Shown one piece after another: positions 1 to 6,644 of a stretch of DNA of 7,608 bases. The stretch spans positions 1 to 7,608 of IMG/VR virus record IMGVR_UViG_2703718816_000006. One strand, given 5' to 3'. The translations under genes and the position numbers were made by a program. The notes beneath the pieces were generated by a model. That model saw nothing but the letters and a program-made list of their open reading frames with translations, had not been told where the DNA came from and did no database searches. Source of the stretch: a virus (lineage: Duplodnaviria; Heunggongvirae; Uroviricota; Caudoviricetes). Numbering within the stretch: position 1 is the stretch's first letter; the number at the start of each line of letters is the position of its first letter.

Positions 1-1617
1 CAGGGACATCAGGGATACCGCATTGAAGAGCGCCATCAGCGGGTCAATTTTCCCCCGTCCGCTGGCCTGTTTGGTAATAAGGATGGCGTTACCTCTGGGC
101 TCCACCCGGGCATTGCCAACGCACCAGGCCATCAGTGACTGACCACCATGCACCAGCACTCCCTCAGCCAGTTTGCGCTCGGTGGTTTTGATGGCCCCGC
201 CCAGCTTCCAGCCCTGGCTTATCCCCACCACAATTCCTTCGGGGATCCCGGCTTCTGCCAGTGAATCCAGAATCTGCCCCACACCTGACGGGTCAATACC
301 GATATGGTCCAGTAACTCAGCCTCATGAATACGACGCACATACTCCGCCACTTCCGCCGTGTCATCCCCGACCCGACGGACAATCGTCATGTCTCCACTG
401 GCCACAAAATCCTGAAACCGGGATGCTTCACTCTTCCGTCTGACCACCGCGGTTTCATGCGCCCAGGCATGGCCCCAGCCCAGCCATTCGCGGGTTTCCC
501 TGTCACGACCAATCACGTACATTCCCAGCAGATCATCCAGGCCCCCGCCGTCAATCCCCACCGTCACCACATCAGCGCGCTGCAGGATATCGTCCAGGCT
601 GACGCGCCTGCCCTGCTGCTCCCAGAAATCCGCACCCGCCCAGCGGTCAGAACGCAGGGCAAGACCAATTTCCACATTGGCGTGTTTTGACATGAAGCCA
701 CGAAATGCCTCCTCACCAGCCTCCCGGGCTTTACGGTACTCCCGATACAAAAAGGCCTCATCCACCGAATAACCGAGATTCGGGTTAACCATGGCGAGGT
801 TTTCCATCAGCAGGTGCTCACCGCGCTCCACCATCTCCGGCGGATGCTCAAATATCACCGGCAGAAAGTGCGGATCATTAATTTTGCCGTCGCGCACATC
901 CCGGGCGTACTGCAGTTTCTGTCTGAACACCCCGGCGGGCGGCTCATTCGACTGGGTGGTTGTGTACACAACAAACCCTTCCGGGCGGGAGGCAAGGCCG
1001 CCTATGGCTTCACGTAACATGTCCTCCGCTTTGTACTGCTTGCCAAACAGCCACAGTTCATCAATCAGCGTCCCCACGGACTTGATACCGGACACCGTAT
1101 TCGGATCGGCAGCCACCACCTTAAGGGTGGTGTCCGTCACCCTGTGGGTGATGGTCCGGATATGTGTCTGCACCTGACAGAGGTCATCCAGATCATCGTC
1201 CCGTCGTACCATATCCCTGGCAGGGTTGAAGGCGTTAGCCGCCACCTCCACGGTCGGGGCCAGAATGGTGTAGCCCGCCGCCTGCCGCCAGTTCAGTAAC
1301 AGCGCCGTCATCATGATCCCGGCAGCCAGCGTGGACTTGCTGTTTTTTTTGGGTATCAGAATGAACACTTCCTTTATATGGCGTATACCGGTCTGCGCAT
1401 CGTAGGAGCCAAACAGGGCCGCCACCAGGTCAAACACCCACGGTGCACAGGACTCCCCGAACGTCGGGCTGCCCGGTGCATCCACAATCCGCAGTTGTTT
1501 AAAAATCGCCAGGGCATGTGCGGCCTGCTCCGGGTAAATCGGAGCCGGAATAATCGACAGCCCCTTTTTCAGGCGCTCTGCCCAGTCCGGGCAGGCCGTG
1601 CTCCACACAGGTATCAT
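1..1617 (-). CDS. Terminase large subunit (ATPase + nuclease), partial: C-terminus lies beyond the left edge
   Basis: Manual translation from ATG at 1617..1615 gives MIPVWSTACPDWAERLKKG... and stays open to position 1 (end of window reads ...GRGKIDPLMALFNAVSLMSL). Deviant P-loop FILIPKKNSKST, Walker-B-like LIDELW, nuclease-like VGIDGGGLDD. The track omits it because there is no in-window stop. Start overlaps the TerS stop (ATGA). Confidence 0.88.
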   Translation of the reverse strand, partial: MIPVWSTACPDWAERLKKGLSIIPAPIYPEQAAHALAIFKQLRIVDAPGSPTFGESCAPWVFDLVAALFGSYDAQTGIRHIKEVFILIPKKNSKSTLAAGIMMTALLLNWRQAAGYTILAPTVEVAANAFNPARDMVRRDDDLDDLCQVQTHIRTITHRVTDTTLKVVAADPNTVSGIKSVGTLIDELWLFGKQYKAEDMLREAIGGLASRPEGFVVYTTTQSNEPPAGVFRQKLQYARDVRDGKINDPHFLPVIFEHPPEMVERGEHLLMENLAMVNPNLGYSVDEAFLYREYRKAREAGEEAFRGFMSKHANVEIGLALRSDRWAGADFWEQQGRRVSLDDILQRADVVTVGIDGGGLDDLLGMYVIGRDRETREWLGWGHAWAHETAVVRRKSEASRFQDFVASGDMTIVRRVGDDTAEVAEYVRRIHEAELLDHIGIDPSGVGQILDSLAEAGIPEGIVVGISQGWKLGGAIKTTERKLAEGVLVHGGQSLMAWCVGNARVEPRGNAILITKQASGRGKIDPLMALFNAVSLMSL

Positions 1618-2177
1618 CCGTTGCCCTCATTATCATTATTCACCACCAGGCGGGGTGGTGGTGGCACCGCAAAACGGTTAGCCGCTTTTTTCGCCGCGTC
1701 ACCTTTTGCCGATTTTTTACCGGCATCCCCTTTTTTGTGGTGCGTGAACTGCGCCAGCTTATAAGCCACATCCAGCGCCAGCCTGGGGTCGGTATTAATG
1801 TTCTCCACCAGAAGACGCCCCATCGCTTTCACCGGATCGGGAAGACCGTCCTCCATATACTCAATACCAGGAGATATCACCACGGGCGGTGGCATCTCCG
1901 GATTTGTTTCGTCCTGCTGTGGTATTGCAGCCGCCTCACGGCGACGGGGTTTATCCTCCTGCTCTGATTTTTTCTGCCGGTAAACAGGAACCTCATCCAC
2001 CTCCACCGTCTCGCACTGTTTACGGGCTATAAACGCAAGCACCTCCGGATCTTTTGCCAGCTGCGAGCCTTTAACCCTGGCTGTCTTCGCCGAATAACCG
2101 GCGGCAATGGCTGACGCTGTTTTGTTTTTCCCGGACATGAGCGCCAGCGCAAATTTTCGTTTTTGCGTTGTCAGCAC
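1614..2177 (-). CDS. Terminase small subunit
   Basis: 187-aa ORF immediately upstream of and overlapping TerL; basic, Lys/Ala-rich N-terminus typical of DNA-binding small terminases. Start is GTG at 2177 preceded by GGAGGAGG (complement of 2180..2187). Family assignment is from position and composition, not from a search. Confidence 0.75.
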   Translation of the reverse strand: MLTTQKRKFALALMSGKNKTASAIAAGYSAKTARVKGSQLAKDPEVLAFIARKQCETVEVDEVPVYRQKKSEQEDKPRRREAAAIPQQDETNPEMPPPVVISPGIEYMEDGLPDPVKAMGRLLVENINTDPRLALDVAYKLAQFTHHKKGDAGKKSAKGDAAKKAANRFAVPPPPRLVVNNDNEGNG

Positions 2178-2467
2178 AGCCTCCTCCCGGGTCCAGAACG
2201 CACTCAGCCGGGTATGGTTCAGCCCATTTTTCCCGGCGTCTCATGCCGCAAATGTTAACTGCTGCCTGGTTAACATTTGCTGAAAAAGCCTGTTAACATT
2301 TTTTCCACGCAACAAACTGAATAATAAAGATAAAAACCGAAAAAATGCCCGGGCAGCCAGTTAACATGTTAACTGCCCTGAAACGGGAATTTTTTCTCTG
2401 CGTGAGAGGGGGCGCGGTGTCCGGAGCGATCGTTTTTTACGCCGGATGATACCCCCCCCCGGTCGGG
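2178..2467. promoter_or_regulatory. Candidate cos / packaging-initiation region between HNH and TerS
   Basis: 290-bp non-coding gap in the position where HK97-like phages carry cos. Contains a GTTAACAT palindrome cluster (2248..2375), a GC-rich core cgtgagagggggcgcggtgtccggagcgatcg (2401..2432), a T6 run and a C9 homopolymer (2452..2460). Exact cos ends cannot be determined from sequence. Confidence 0.4.
2248..2375. repeat. Cluster of five GTTAACAT octamers (three direct, two inverted) in two palindromes
   Basis: Inverted repeat gcaaatgttaac-N9-gttaacatttgc (2248..2280), a further copy at 2292..2299, and the perfect 18-bp palindrome cagttaacatgttaactg (2358..2375). Confidence 0.7.
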
Positions 2468-2833
2468 TTACAGTCCGATGATGTCGTCCGCTCTGCCACT
2501 ACCTCCGGACACCTCCGGCAGCGTCGGGTCCGGCATACCACCCGCCGCTTCACGAGCAGACTTTTGTCGATGGCATTCGGTACAGAGCGTCCAGAGATTC
2601 GTCTCCTCATTACCACCACCGAACTGAAGTGCAATTCGGTGATCGAGTTCACTGTCACAGAGGTCAACCACACGACCACAGAGACAGCACTGCCCGGCGT
2701 CCCTGAGCCAGATATGACGCTTGAGGGAAACACGTGCACTGCCACTGACACGACGCTGTTCACCATTCAGAATATTCACCCGTCGGGTATTCAGTGTTTT
2801 GATTCTGCTCTGGAGTGTACGAAGCTCAGCCAT
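2468..2833 (-). CDS. HNH endonuclease (terminase-associated type)
   Basis: 121 aa with HNH signature CCLCGRVVDLCDSELDHRIALQFGGGNEETNLWTLCTECH (CxxC...DH...N...CxxCH). ATG at 2833 with GGGGA upstream. Sits directly upstream of cos/TerS as in HK97-like packaging modules. Confidence 0.85.
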   Translation of the reverse strand: MAELRTLQSRIKTLNTRRVNILNGEQRRVSGSARVSLKRHIWLRDAGQCCLCGRVVDLCDSELDHRIALQFGGGNEETNLWTLCTECHRQKSAREAAGGMPDPTLPEVSGGSGRADDIIGL

Positions 2834-2874
2834 GTAAAATCCCCGTCATATGGCAATCAGTAAAGGAAATAAAT

Positions 2875-3045
2875 ATGTCATCGAAAAACCGGACCCGCAG
2901 AACCACAACCCGCAATATCCGTTTCCCCAATCACATGATTGAACAGATCAACATCGCCCTTGAGCATAAAGGGTCCGGTAACTTTTCAGCGTGGGTTATT
3001 GAAGCCTGTCGCCGGAGACTGACAACTGACAAGAAAACATGCTAA
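2875..3045 (+). CDS. Small ribbon-helix-helix (Arc/MetJ/CopG-like) DNA-binding protein, 56 aa
   Basis: ATG at 2875 preceded by AAGGAAAT (SD about 7 nt upstream). MSSKNRTRRTTTRNIRFPNHMIEQINIALEHKGSGNFSAWVIEACRRRL fits the RHH pattern of basic N-terminus, beta-strand, helix, Gly turn, helix. Divergent from HNH (41 bp between starts). Called by motif resemblance only. Confidence 0.55.
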   Translation: MSSKNRTRRTTTRNIRFPNHMIEQINIALEHKGSGNFSAWVIEACRRRLTTDKKTC

Positions 3046-3240
3046 TCGCATAACAAGTTTAAAGAATGAGGCCAGAGGGTCGGACCGTTTCTCTGCCCCT
3101 TTATATAACTAATCTTTAACATTGCCGGCTTTACGATAACTTAAAGTTATTACCTACAGTTATTCCGAATTGAAATAATCCGTCACATAAAATAAAACAA
3201 AAGAATAATAATAATAATCTTCTACCCTTATCCAATCTTT

Positions 3241-3271
3241 ACTGCTGTGCGCCAACACAGCAGTTTTTTTT
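3241..3271 (+). terminator. Rho-independent terminator (plus strand)
   Basis: Stem ctgctgtg (3242..3249) / cacagcag (3256..3263), 6-nt loop, then T8 (3264..3271). Probably ends the RHH transcript and/or unit 1 of the AT-rich island. Confidence 0.6.
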
Positions 3272-3804
3272 GATTATGCTCACATATTTTTTATTCCCCA
3301 GCCGTGATGCACATTACACCTGTTTCTTTTCAATTCAGGCTTTTTCCAGGTATATCTGAATCTCATCCGGTGGCTTCTGCATCGTTATCAGCAAAAAATA
3401 CGGCCGCTACACTGACAAAAGCTCTCGAGAGCAGTTGCACCCATTTTTCGCTTAAAGATTCACTCAGTAAAATAAGGAGAAATTCACAATCATGTTCAGG
3501 CGGCAAACATTATAAAATTAAAACGCCAGACTTGCATAAATAATCCTATGAAGGCTGAACATACTTAAAGCAGTGTGTTATATAAGAGTAAACAACACCC
3601 TATAAAAACCTGCCCCCACACAAGGAGCCACAAAGGCAATTTTATACGCTCCAAACATTATTCAGAAAAGCTTAACAATAAGAAATATTCTTTTCGTCAT
3701 TCATCTCAACTGTCTGATGGACACCGCCCAGTCCCGCAACATGGAGCATAATAGAAGTAAATAACGTATAGTAAGTATTATAATTCAGGCTCGATTATTT
3801 CGAG

Positions 3805-3832
3805 TTGAAAACAACTCTGAAAAAATGATAAT
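3805..3832 (+). promoter_or_regulatory. Candidate sigma70 promoter (TTGAAA - 16 bp - GATAAT)
   Basis: -35 TTGAAA at 3805..3810 and -10 GATAAT at 3827..3832 with TG immediately upstream; palindrome ctcgattatttcgag (3790..3804) abuts the -35. By-eye prediction only. Confidence 0.3.
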
Positions 3833-3838
3833 AAAAAA

Positions 3839-3907
3839 ATAACAACAATACCATTCTCTTCTGCATGTGCCATCACCTGCCGTTGCTACAACCCGGCAGG
3901 TTTTTTT
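3839..3907 (+). ncRNA. Candidate small RNA (~65-70 nt) between predicted promoter and terminator
   Basis: Predicted start about 7 nt after the -10, ending at the 3876..3907 terminator; no ORF with an RBS in the interval. Purely structural inference, no homology known to me. Confidence 0.25.
3876..3907 (+). terminator. Rho-independent terminator (plus strand)
   Basis: Stem cctgccg (3876..3882) / cggcagg (3894..3900) with an 11-nt loop, followed by T7 (3901..3907). No T-run on the other strand, so unidirectional. Confidence 0.6.
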
Positions 3908-4107
3908 ATTGTCTAAACTCCAGATTCTTCCACCATCGCACCGGACTGGCGACTATGAGGGGACAACGCCGCGCTCCGTTAACGCGGTAAACCCCGGTGT
4001 GTATCGTTTTTGATTATCCCCACAAACTCTCGCAGAGGAGTCTCCCTGTCGGGCTGCGGTATCTGTTAATGCGGGAATACGGCGACGATACGGCGCATCA
4101 GCAAAAC

Positions 4108-4575
4108 TTATTTCAGACACTGAGTGCGGATATATTCCTGCGCCCCTTCCAGCTGCTTCTGCATTGTCATCAACCGTTCTCTGAGGATGAAATAATCCCA
4201 TTCAGCGGTGTCTGCCAGTCGGGGGCCGGTTGCATTATCCACGCCGGAGGTGCCGGTGGCTTCACGCACGGTACCGGAGCAGGTGGCGTTGATCCGCAGG
4301 CGCTTACGACCAGCGGCAACATCAGCACGCAGAGTTTCATTTTCAGCTCTCGCATCGGCTAATTCCCTCGAGTATCTGGCATCAAGCGCAGCAACATCAC
4401 CCTGGCGCTGCTGCATATCAGTAATAGTGGCATTCGCCAGTTTCAGCTCACTGACTTTTTTATCGCGCTGCGCTTTGTAGGTGATGGCGTTATCACGGTA
4501 ATGATTCAGCCCCAGACTAAGCACACCACAGGCTACCAGCAGGGCAATGATGACCACGCACAGAACACGGTTCAT
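4108..4575 (-). CDS. Rz: Rz i-spanin (inner-membrane spanin subunit)
   Basis: 155 aa from ATG at 4575: [40 protein letters not shown]...[20 protein letters not shown]-terminal TM helix plus coiled-coil periplasmic domain, closely resembling lambda Rz as I recall it. The track ORF extends 28 codons further upstream, judged non-coding. Confidence 0.9.
   Translation of the reverse strand: MNRVLCVVIIALLVACGVLSLGLNHYRDNAITYKAQRDKKVSELKLANATITDMQQRQGDVAALDARYSRELADARAENETLRADVAAGRKRLRINATCSGTVREATGTSGVDNATGPRLADTAEWDYFILRERLMTMQKQLEGAQEYIRTQCLK
4170..4355 (-). CDS. Rz1: Rz1 o-spanin lipoprotein, embedded in Rz in an alternative frame
   Basis: 61 aa [61 protein letters not shown]: lipobox LVVSAC and Pro-rich mature region, closely resembling lambda Rz1. 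Lies entirely inside Rz. Confidence 0.85.
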   Translation of the reverse strand: MRELKMKLCVLMLPLVVSACGSTPPAPVPCVKPPAPPAWIMQPAPDWQTPLNGIISSSENG

Positions 4576-4674
4576 ATCACCACCAACGGATTGCCCAGAC
4601 CAGAACAGCAATGGCCACAATACGAATGGAAAATGCCATTGCCCGAATAAATTCAGCACTCATCTTTTTAAAGT

Positions 4675-4857
4675 TCACGATTTCAGCGCAATGACCAGTT
4701 TTGCCAGCCCATACAGCATCGGAGACACAGCGATACCAACCGCCACCCACTTAATAGCAAAAGCCAGCGCTCTGCTGATGTCATCAGTTACTGGCGCTTT
4801 CAGTTCAAGGCCGTTTTTCATAGTCAACCTCAACAGAATTCGTTTATACTTTTCCAT
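4675..4857 (-). CDS. Hypothetical small membrane protein (60 aa; alternative start at 4821 gives 48 aa)
   Basis: ATG at 4857 preceded by AGGGAG; alternative ATG at 4821 preceded by GAGG. One C-terminal hydrophobic helix ALAFAIKWVAVGIAVSPMLYGLAKLVIAL. Sits between endolysin and Rz; no family recognised. Confidence 0.4.
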   Translation of the reverse strand: MEKYKRILLRLTMKNGLELKAPVTDDISRALAFAIKWVAVGIAVSPMLYGLAKLVIALKS

Positions 4858-4894
4858 GTTCTCCCTTGCCTTATCCAAGGTCAGAAACACAAAA

Positions 4895-4924
4895 CCCCGC
4901 TTGCTGCCAACAAACGGGGTTTTT
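4895..4924. terminator. Hairpin with T-runs on both sides (bidirectional terminator-like)
   Basis: Stem ccccgcttg (4895..4903) / caaacgggg (4911..4919), 8 of 9 bp, 7-nt loop, then T5 on the plus strand and TTTTGTGTT on the minus strand. Between the endolysin stop and the small membrane gene. Confidence 0.4.
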
Positions 4925-5013
4925 ACTTTTATTCACTTAGGTTTTGCCAGTTCGCAGGATTTCGTGTTATCCGCCCGCGTTGGCCAACGTCATTTTTCAG
5001 CAAAATATTCTGC

Positions 5014-5547
5014 TTATCTGTCGACTCCCCAGCACGCCAGCGCACTCTCCTGGTCGCGACGGGATACCTGACCGTAGCAATTATTTGAGCGAATACGGCA
5101 GTCTCTGCCACCGTCCTTAATCCACCAGCGAATCGCTTCACACGCTCCCCTGCGATCGCCTGCATTAATTCGTTTATAAAACGTCGACGGGAAACACTTA
5201 CCGGGGCCAATGTTGTACGGACAGAATGACGCGATCCCCGCTTTCTGGGGTTCGCTCAATGGCACTTTGATGTTTTTCTCCACCCATGCCAGCGCCTTAT
5301 CACGCTCAATGGCGTTAACCCGGTCGCATTTTCCCTTCGACAGCTTCATGCCAGGAATAACAGGCTTACCATCCACCCGGGTGGCTCCACGGCAGATGGT
5401 CCAGATCCCCGCACCATCACGGTATGCCGTGGTGTGGTTACCTTCTTTTTCGTCAAGAAACTGGTCGAGGATTTCAGGCGCAGACGCCCCTGCACCAATC
5501 AGCGCCAGAACGGCAGCCGACAGGCCGTATCGGATTTTTGCGTTCAT
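5014..5547 (-). CDS. R: SAR endolysin (T4-lysozyme-like / GH24 muramidase with signal-anchor-release N-terminus)
   Basis: 177 aa. Catalytic motif E-x8-D-x5-T in DEKEGNHTTAYRDGAGIWTICRGAT; N-terminus MNAKIRYGLSAAVLALIGAGASA is a Gly/Ala-rich weakly hydrophobic helix typical of SAR domains. No strong SD upstream of the ATG at 5547. Confidence 0.85.
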   Translation of the reverse strand: MNAKIRYGLSAAVLALIGAGASAPEILDQFLDEKEGNHTTAYRDGAGIWTICRGATRVDGKPVIPGMKLSKGKCDRVNAIERDKALAWVEKNIKVPLSEPQKAGIASFCPYNIGPGKCFPSTFYKRINAGDRRGACEAIRWWIKDGGRDCRIRSNNCYGQVSRRDQESALACWGVDR

Positions 5548-5675
5548 GGATATTTATCAGGATTTATCGGTTCCGGCCCCCTGGATATGTTAAGTCTTCA
5601 GCCTGCCAGTGGTGGGCACTGGCGTTTTATCTGCTGGCTGAAAATATATCTGACAATTCCAGTCGAGGATTAACC

Positions 5676-5990
5676 ATGCATAACCATCAACATAATTATG
5701 ATTTATACCTGCAAGCCATAAATGAGCGGGTAAAATCGGAATGCCTTTTACTCCTCCTGCAAGAACACGAAGCAGTAAAGGCCATTCAGGCTGAACCGTA
5801 TGGAGCTCTCACTACTGCAACTCTCAGTATTATATCCGGAGCATTAACACCAACCTTGCTCCTTCGCCTGAAAGACAATATAGATGACTGGTTAAACGAA
5901 GAATTAAACTACCTTGAATGTGAGTGGGATCATCATTACGCCAAATCACAAAAAGAACGCATCTTCCGTCGATTATCCGGCAACAGATAA
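5676..5990 (+). CDS. Hypothetical protein, 104 aa, convergent with the 213-aa gene
   Basis: ATG at 5676 preceded by GAGGA (5665..5669). Protein-like composition, no TM segment, AT-richer than the flanking phage genes. The track ORF 5424..5990 extends upstream into the endolysin gene on the opposite strand; the internal start is preferred. No family recognised. Confidence 0.45.
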   Translation: MHNHQHNYDLYLQAINERVKSECLLLLLQEHEAVKAIQAEPYGALTTATLSIISGALTPTLLLRLKDNIDDWLNEELNYLECEWDHHYAKSQKERIFRRLSGNR

Positions 5991-5999
5991 CGAGCCAGC

Positions 6000-6641
6000 T
6001 TATATACGTCCTTTAAGATAAGTCAGTCCGGGATGAAACCAGTAAGCCGGCACTTTTTTAAAGGGCGGATTATCAAAATCACGAAGAAGAGCCTCCCGCA
6101 CAACTGCATCCTTGTCCGCACCACTGGCCAGCGCTTCAATCTCAGCAGCTACCTGCAGATATCCCATGCAACGACCAATGCGCTGCATCAGCCCCTGCTT
6201 TTTATTGTTCTTCAGGTAATCAATGGCAAATTCAGTGAGCGCCTCACTGTGCTGGTGCGATGCCGGTGTTACTTTCCCATCTTCACGGATCGTGATATTC
6301 CAGTCATCGCTGCTCACAATAAAAGATGGCCGATTACACTCCCATTCCTGGTCTTTATCCGGTGCAGACGCAATAAAATAACGTTTATTGCCTTCCTCTC
6401 CGGCACTTTTAACCGTAATGGAGTACTTTTCTGACAATGCGGTCGGTAAAAACTTTTCCTGCAAAATATTCGCAAAGGTCCTGCGAGCAATTTTGATGCA
6501 ATCATCGTAAAACGCCGCAAACTGCTCATCGCGGCGTTTTTTTGCATCTTCAGAAGGCATCAGCGCCGACAGTTTTTTATTCAGTTCAGCAATTTCATTT
6601 TCCAGACGACTTATGCGCCGATTCATTTCTTCATGCTTCAT
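6000..6641 (-). CDS. Hypothetical protein, 213 aa, translationally coupled to the holin
   Basis: ATG at 6641 lies 3 nt after the holin stop (TAG at 6647..6645) with GGGGAGAG inside the holin 3' end. N-terminal coiled-coil-like segment RRISRLENEIAELNKKLSAL, soluble, no motif I recognise. Inserted where phage-21-type cassettes have holin and endolysin adjacent. Confidence 0.6.
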   Translation of the reverse strand: MKHEEMNRRISRLENEIAELNKKLSALMPSEDAKKRRDEQFAAFYDDCIKIARRTFANILQEKFLPTALSEKYSITVKSAGEEGNKRYFIASAPDKDQEWECNRPSFIVSSDDWNITIREDGKVTPASHQHSEALTEFAIDYLKNNKKQGLMQRIGRCMGYLQVAAEIEALASGADKDAVVREALLRDFDNPPFKKVPAYWFHPGLTYLKGRI

Positions 6642-6644
6642 TAT

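Noticed and set aside
261-1983. Track ORFs overlapping the terminase genes (plus strand 261..443, 325..690, 791..1177, 814..1017, 1378..1764, 1737..1967, 1798..1983; minus strand 564..761)
   Set aside because: They lie antisense to or out of frame with the continuous terminase large/small subunit reading frames, which have clear ATPase/nuclease motifs. Their products are low-complexity (Pro/Arg/His-rich), as expected for spurious frames in GC-rich coding DNA.
2437-2863. ORFs 2437..2766 (minus) and 2564..2863 (plus) overlapping the HNH gene
   Set aside because: The HNH frame carries the CxxC...DH...N...CxxCH signature; the overlapping frames have no RBS or motifs.
3304-3543. 79-aa plus-strand ORF in the AT-rich island
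   Set aside because: GTG/ATG start with no Shine-Dalgarno sequence and a Ser/Thr/Lys-rich low-complexity product; more likely chance ORF in AT-rich non-coding DNA. Other ATG-initiated peptides in this island (7-41 aa) also lack RBSs.
3267-4017. 11-bp direct repeat tttttgattat at 3267..3277 and 4007..4017, considered as target-site duplication flanking an insertion
   Set aside because: Several exact 11-mer repeats are expected by chance in 7.6 kb, more so in AT-rich DNA, and both copies are simply T-runs after terminator-like hairpins.
3953-4480. ORFs 3953..4201 (minus), 3997..4362 (plus), 4208..4480 (plus) around Rz
   Set aside because: They overlap Rz/Rz1 out of frame or antisense; the Rz and Rz1 frames closely resemble the lambda proteins.
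4576-4659. 28-codon N-terminal extension of the Rz ORF ([28 protein letters not shown])
   Set aside because: Lambda-type Rz begins at the Met preceding the TM helix (MNRV...); the extension has no counterpart in lambda Rz and runs through the intergenic region.
4547-5673. ORFs 4547..5071 (plus), 4929..5210 (minus), 5210..5593 (plus), 5434..5673 (plus), and the 5424..5675 upstream part of the 188-aa ORF
   Set aside because: They overlap the endolysin or small membrane gene on the wrong strand or frame; the endolysin frame carries the GH24 catalytic motif.
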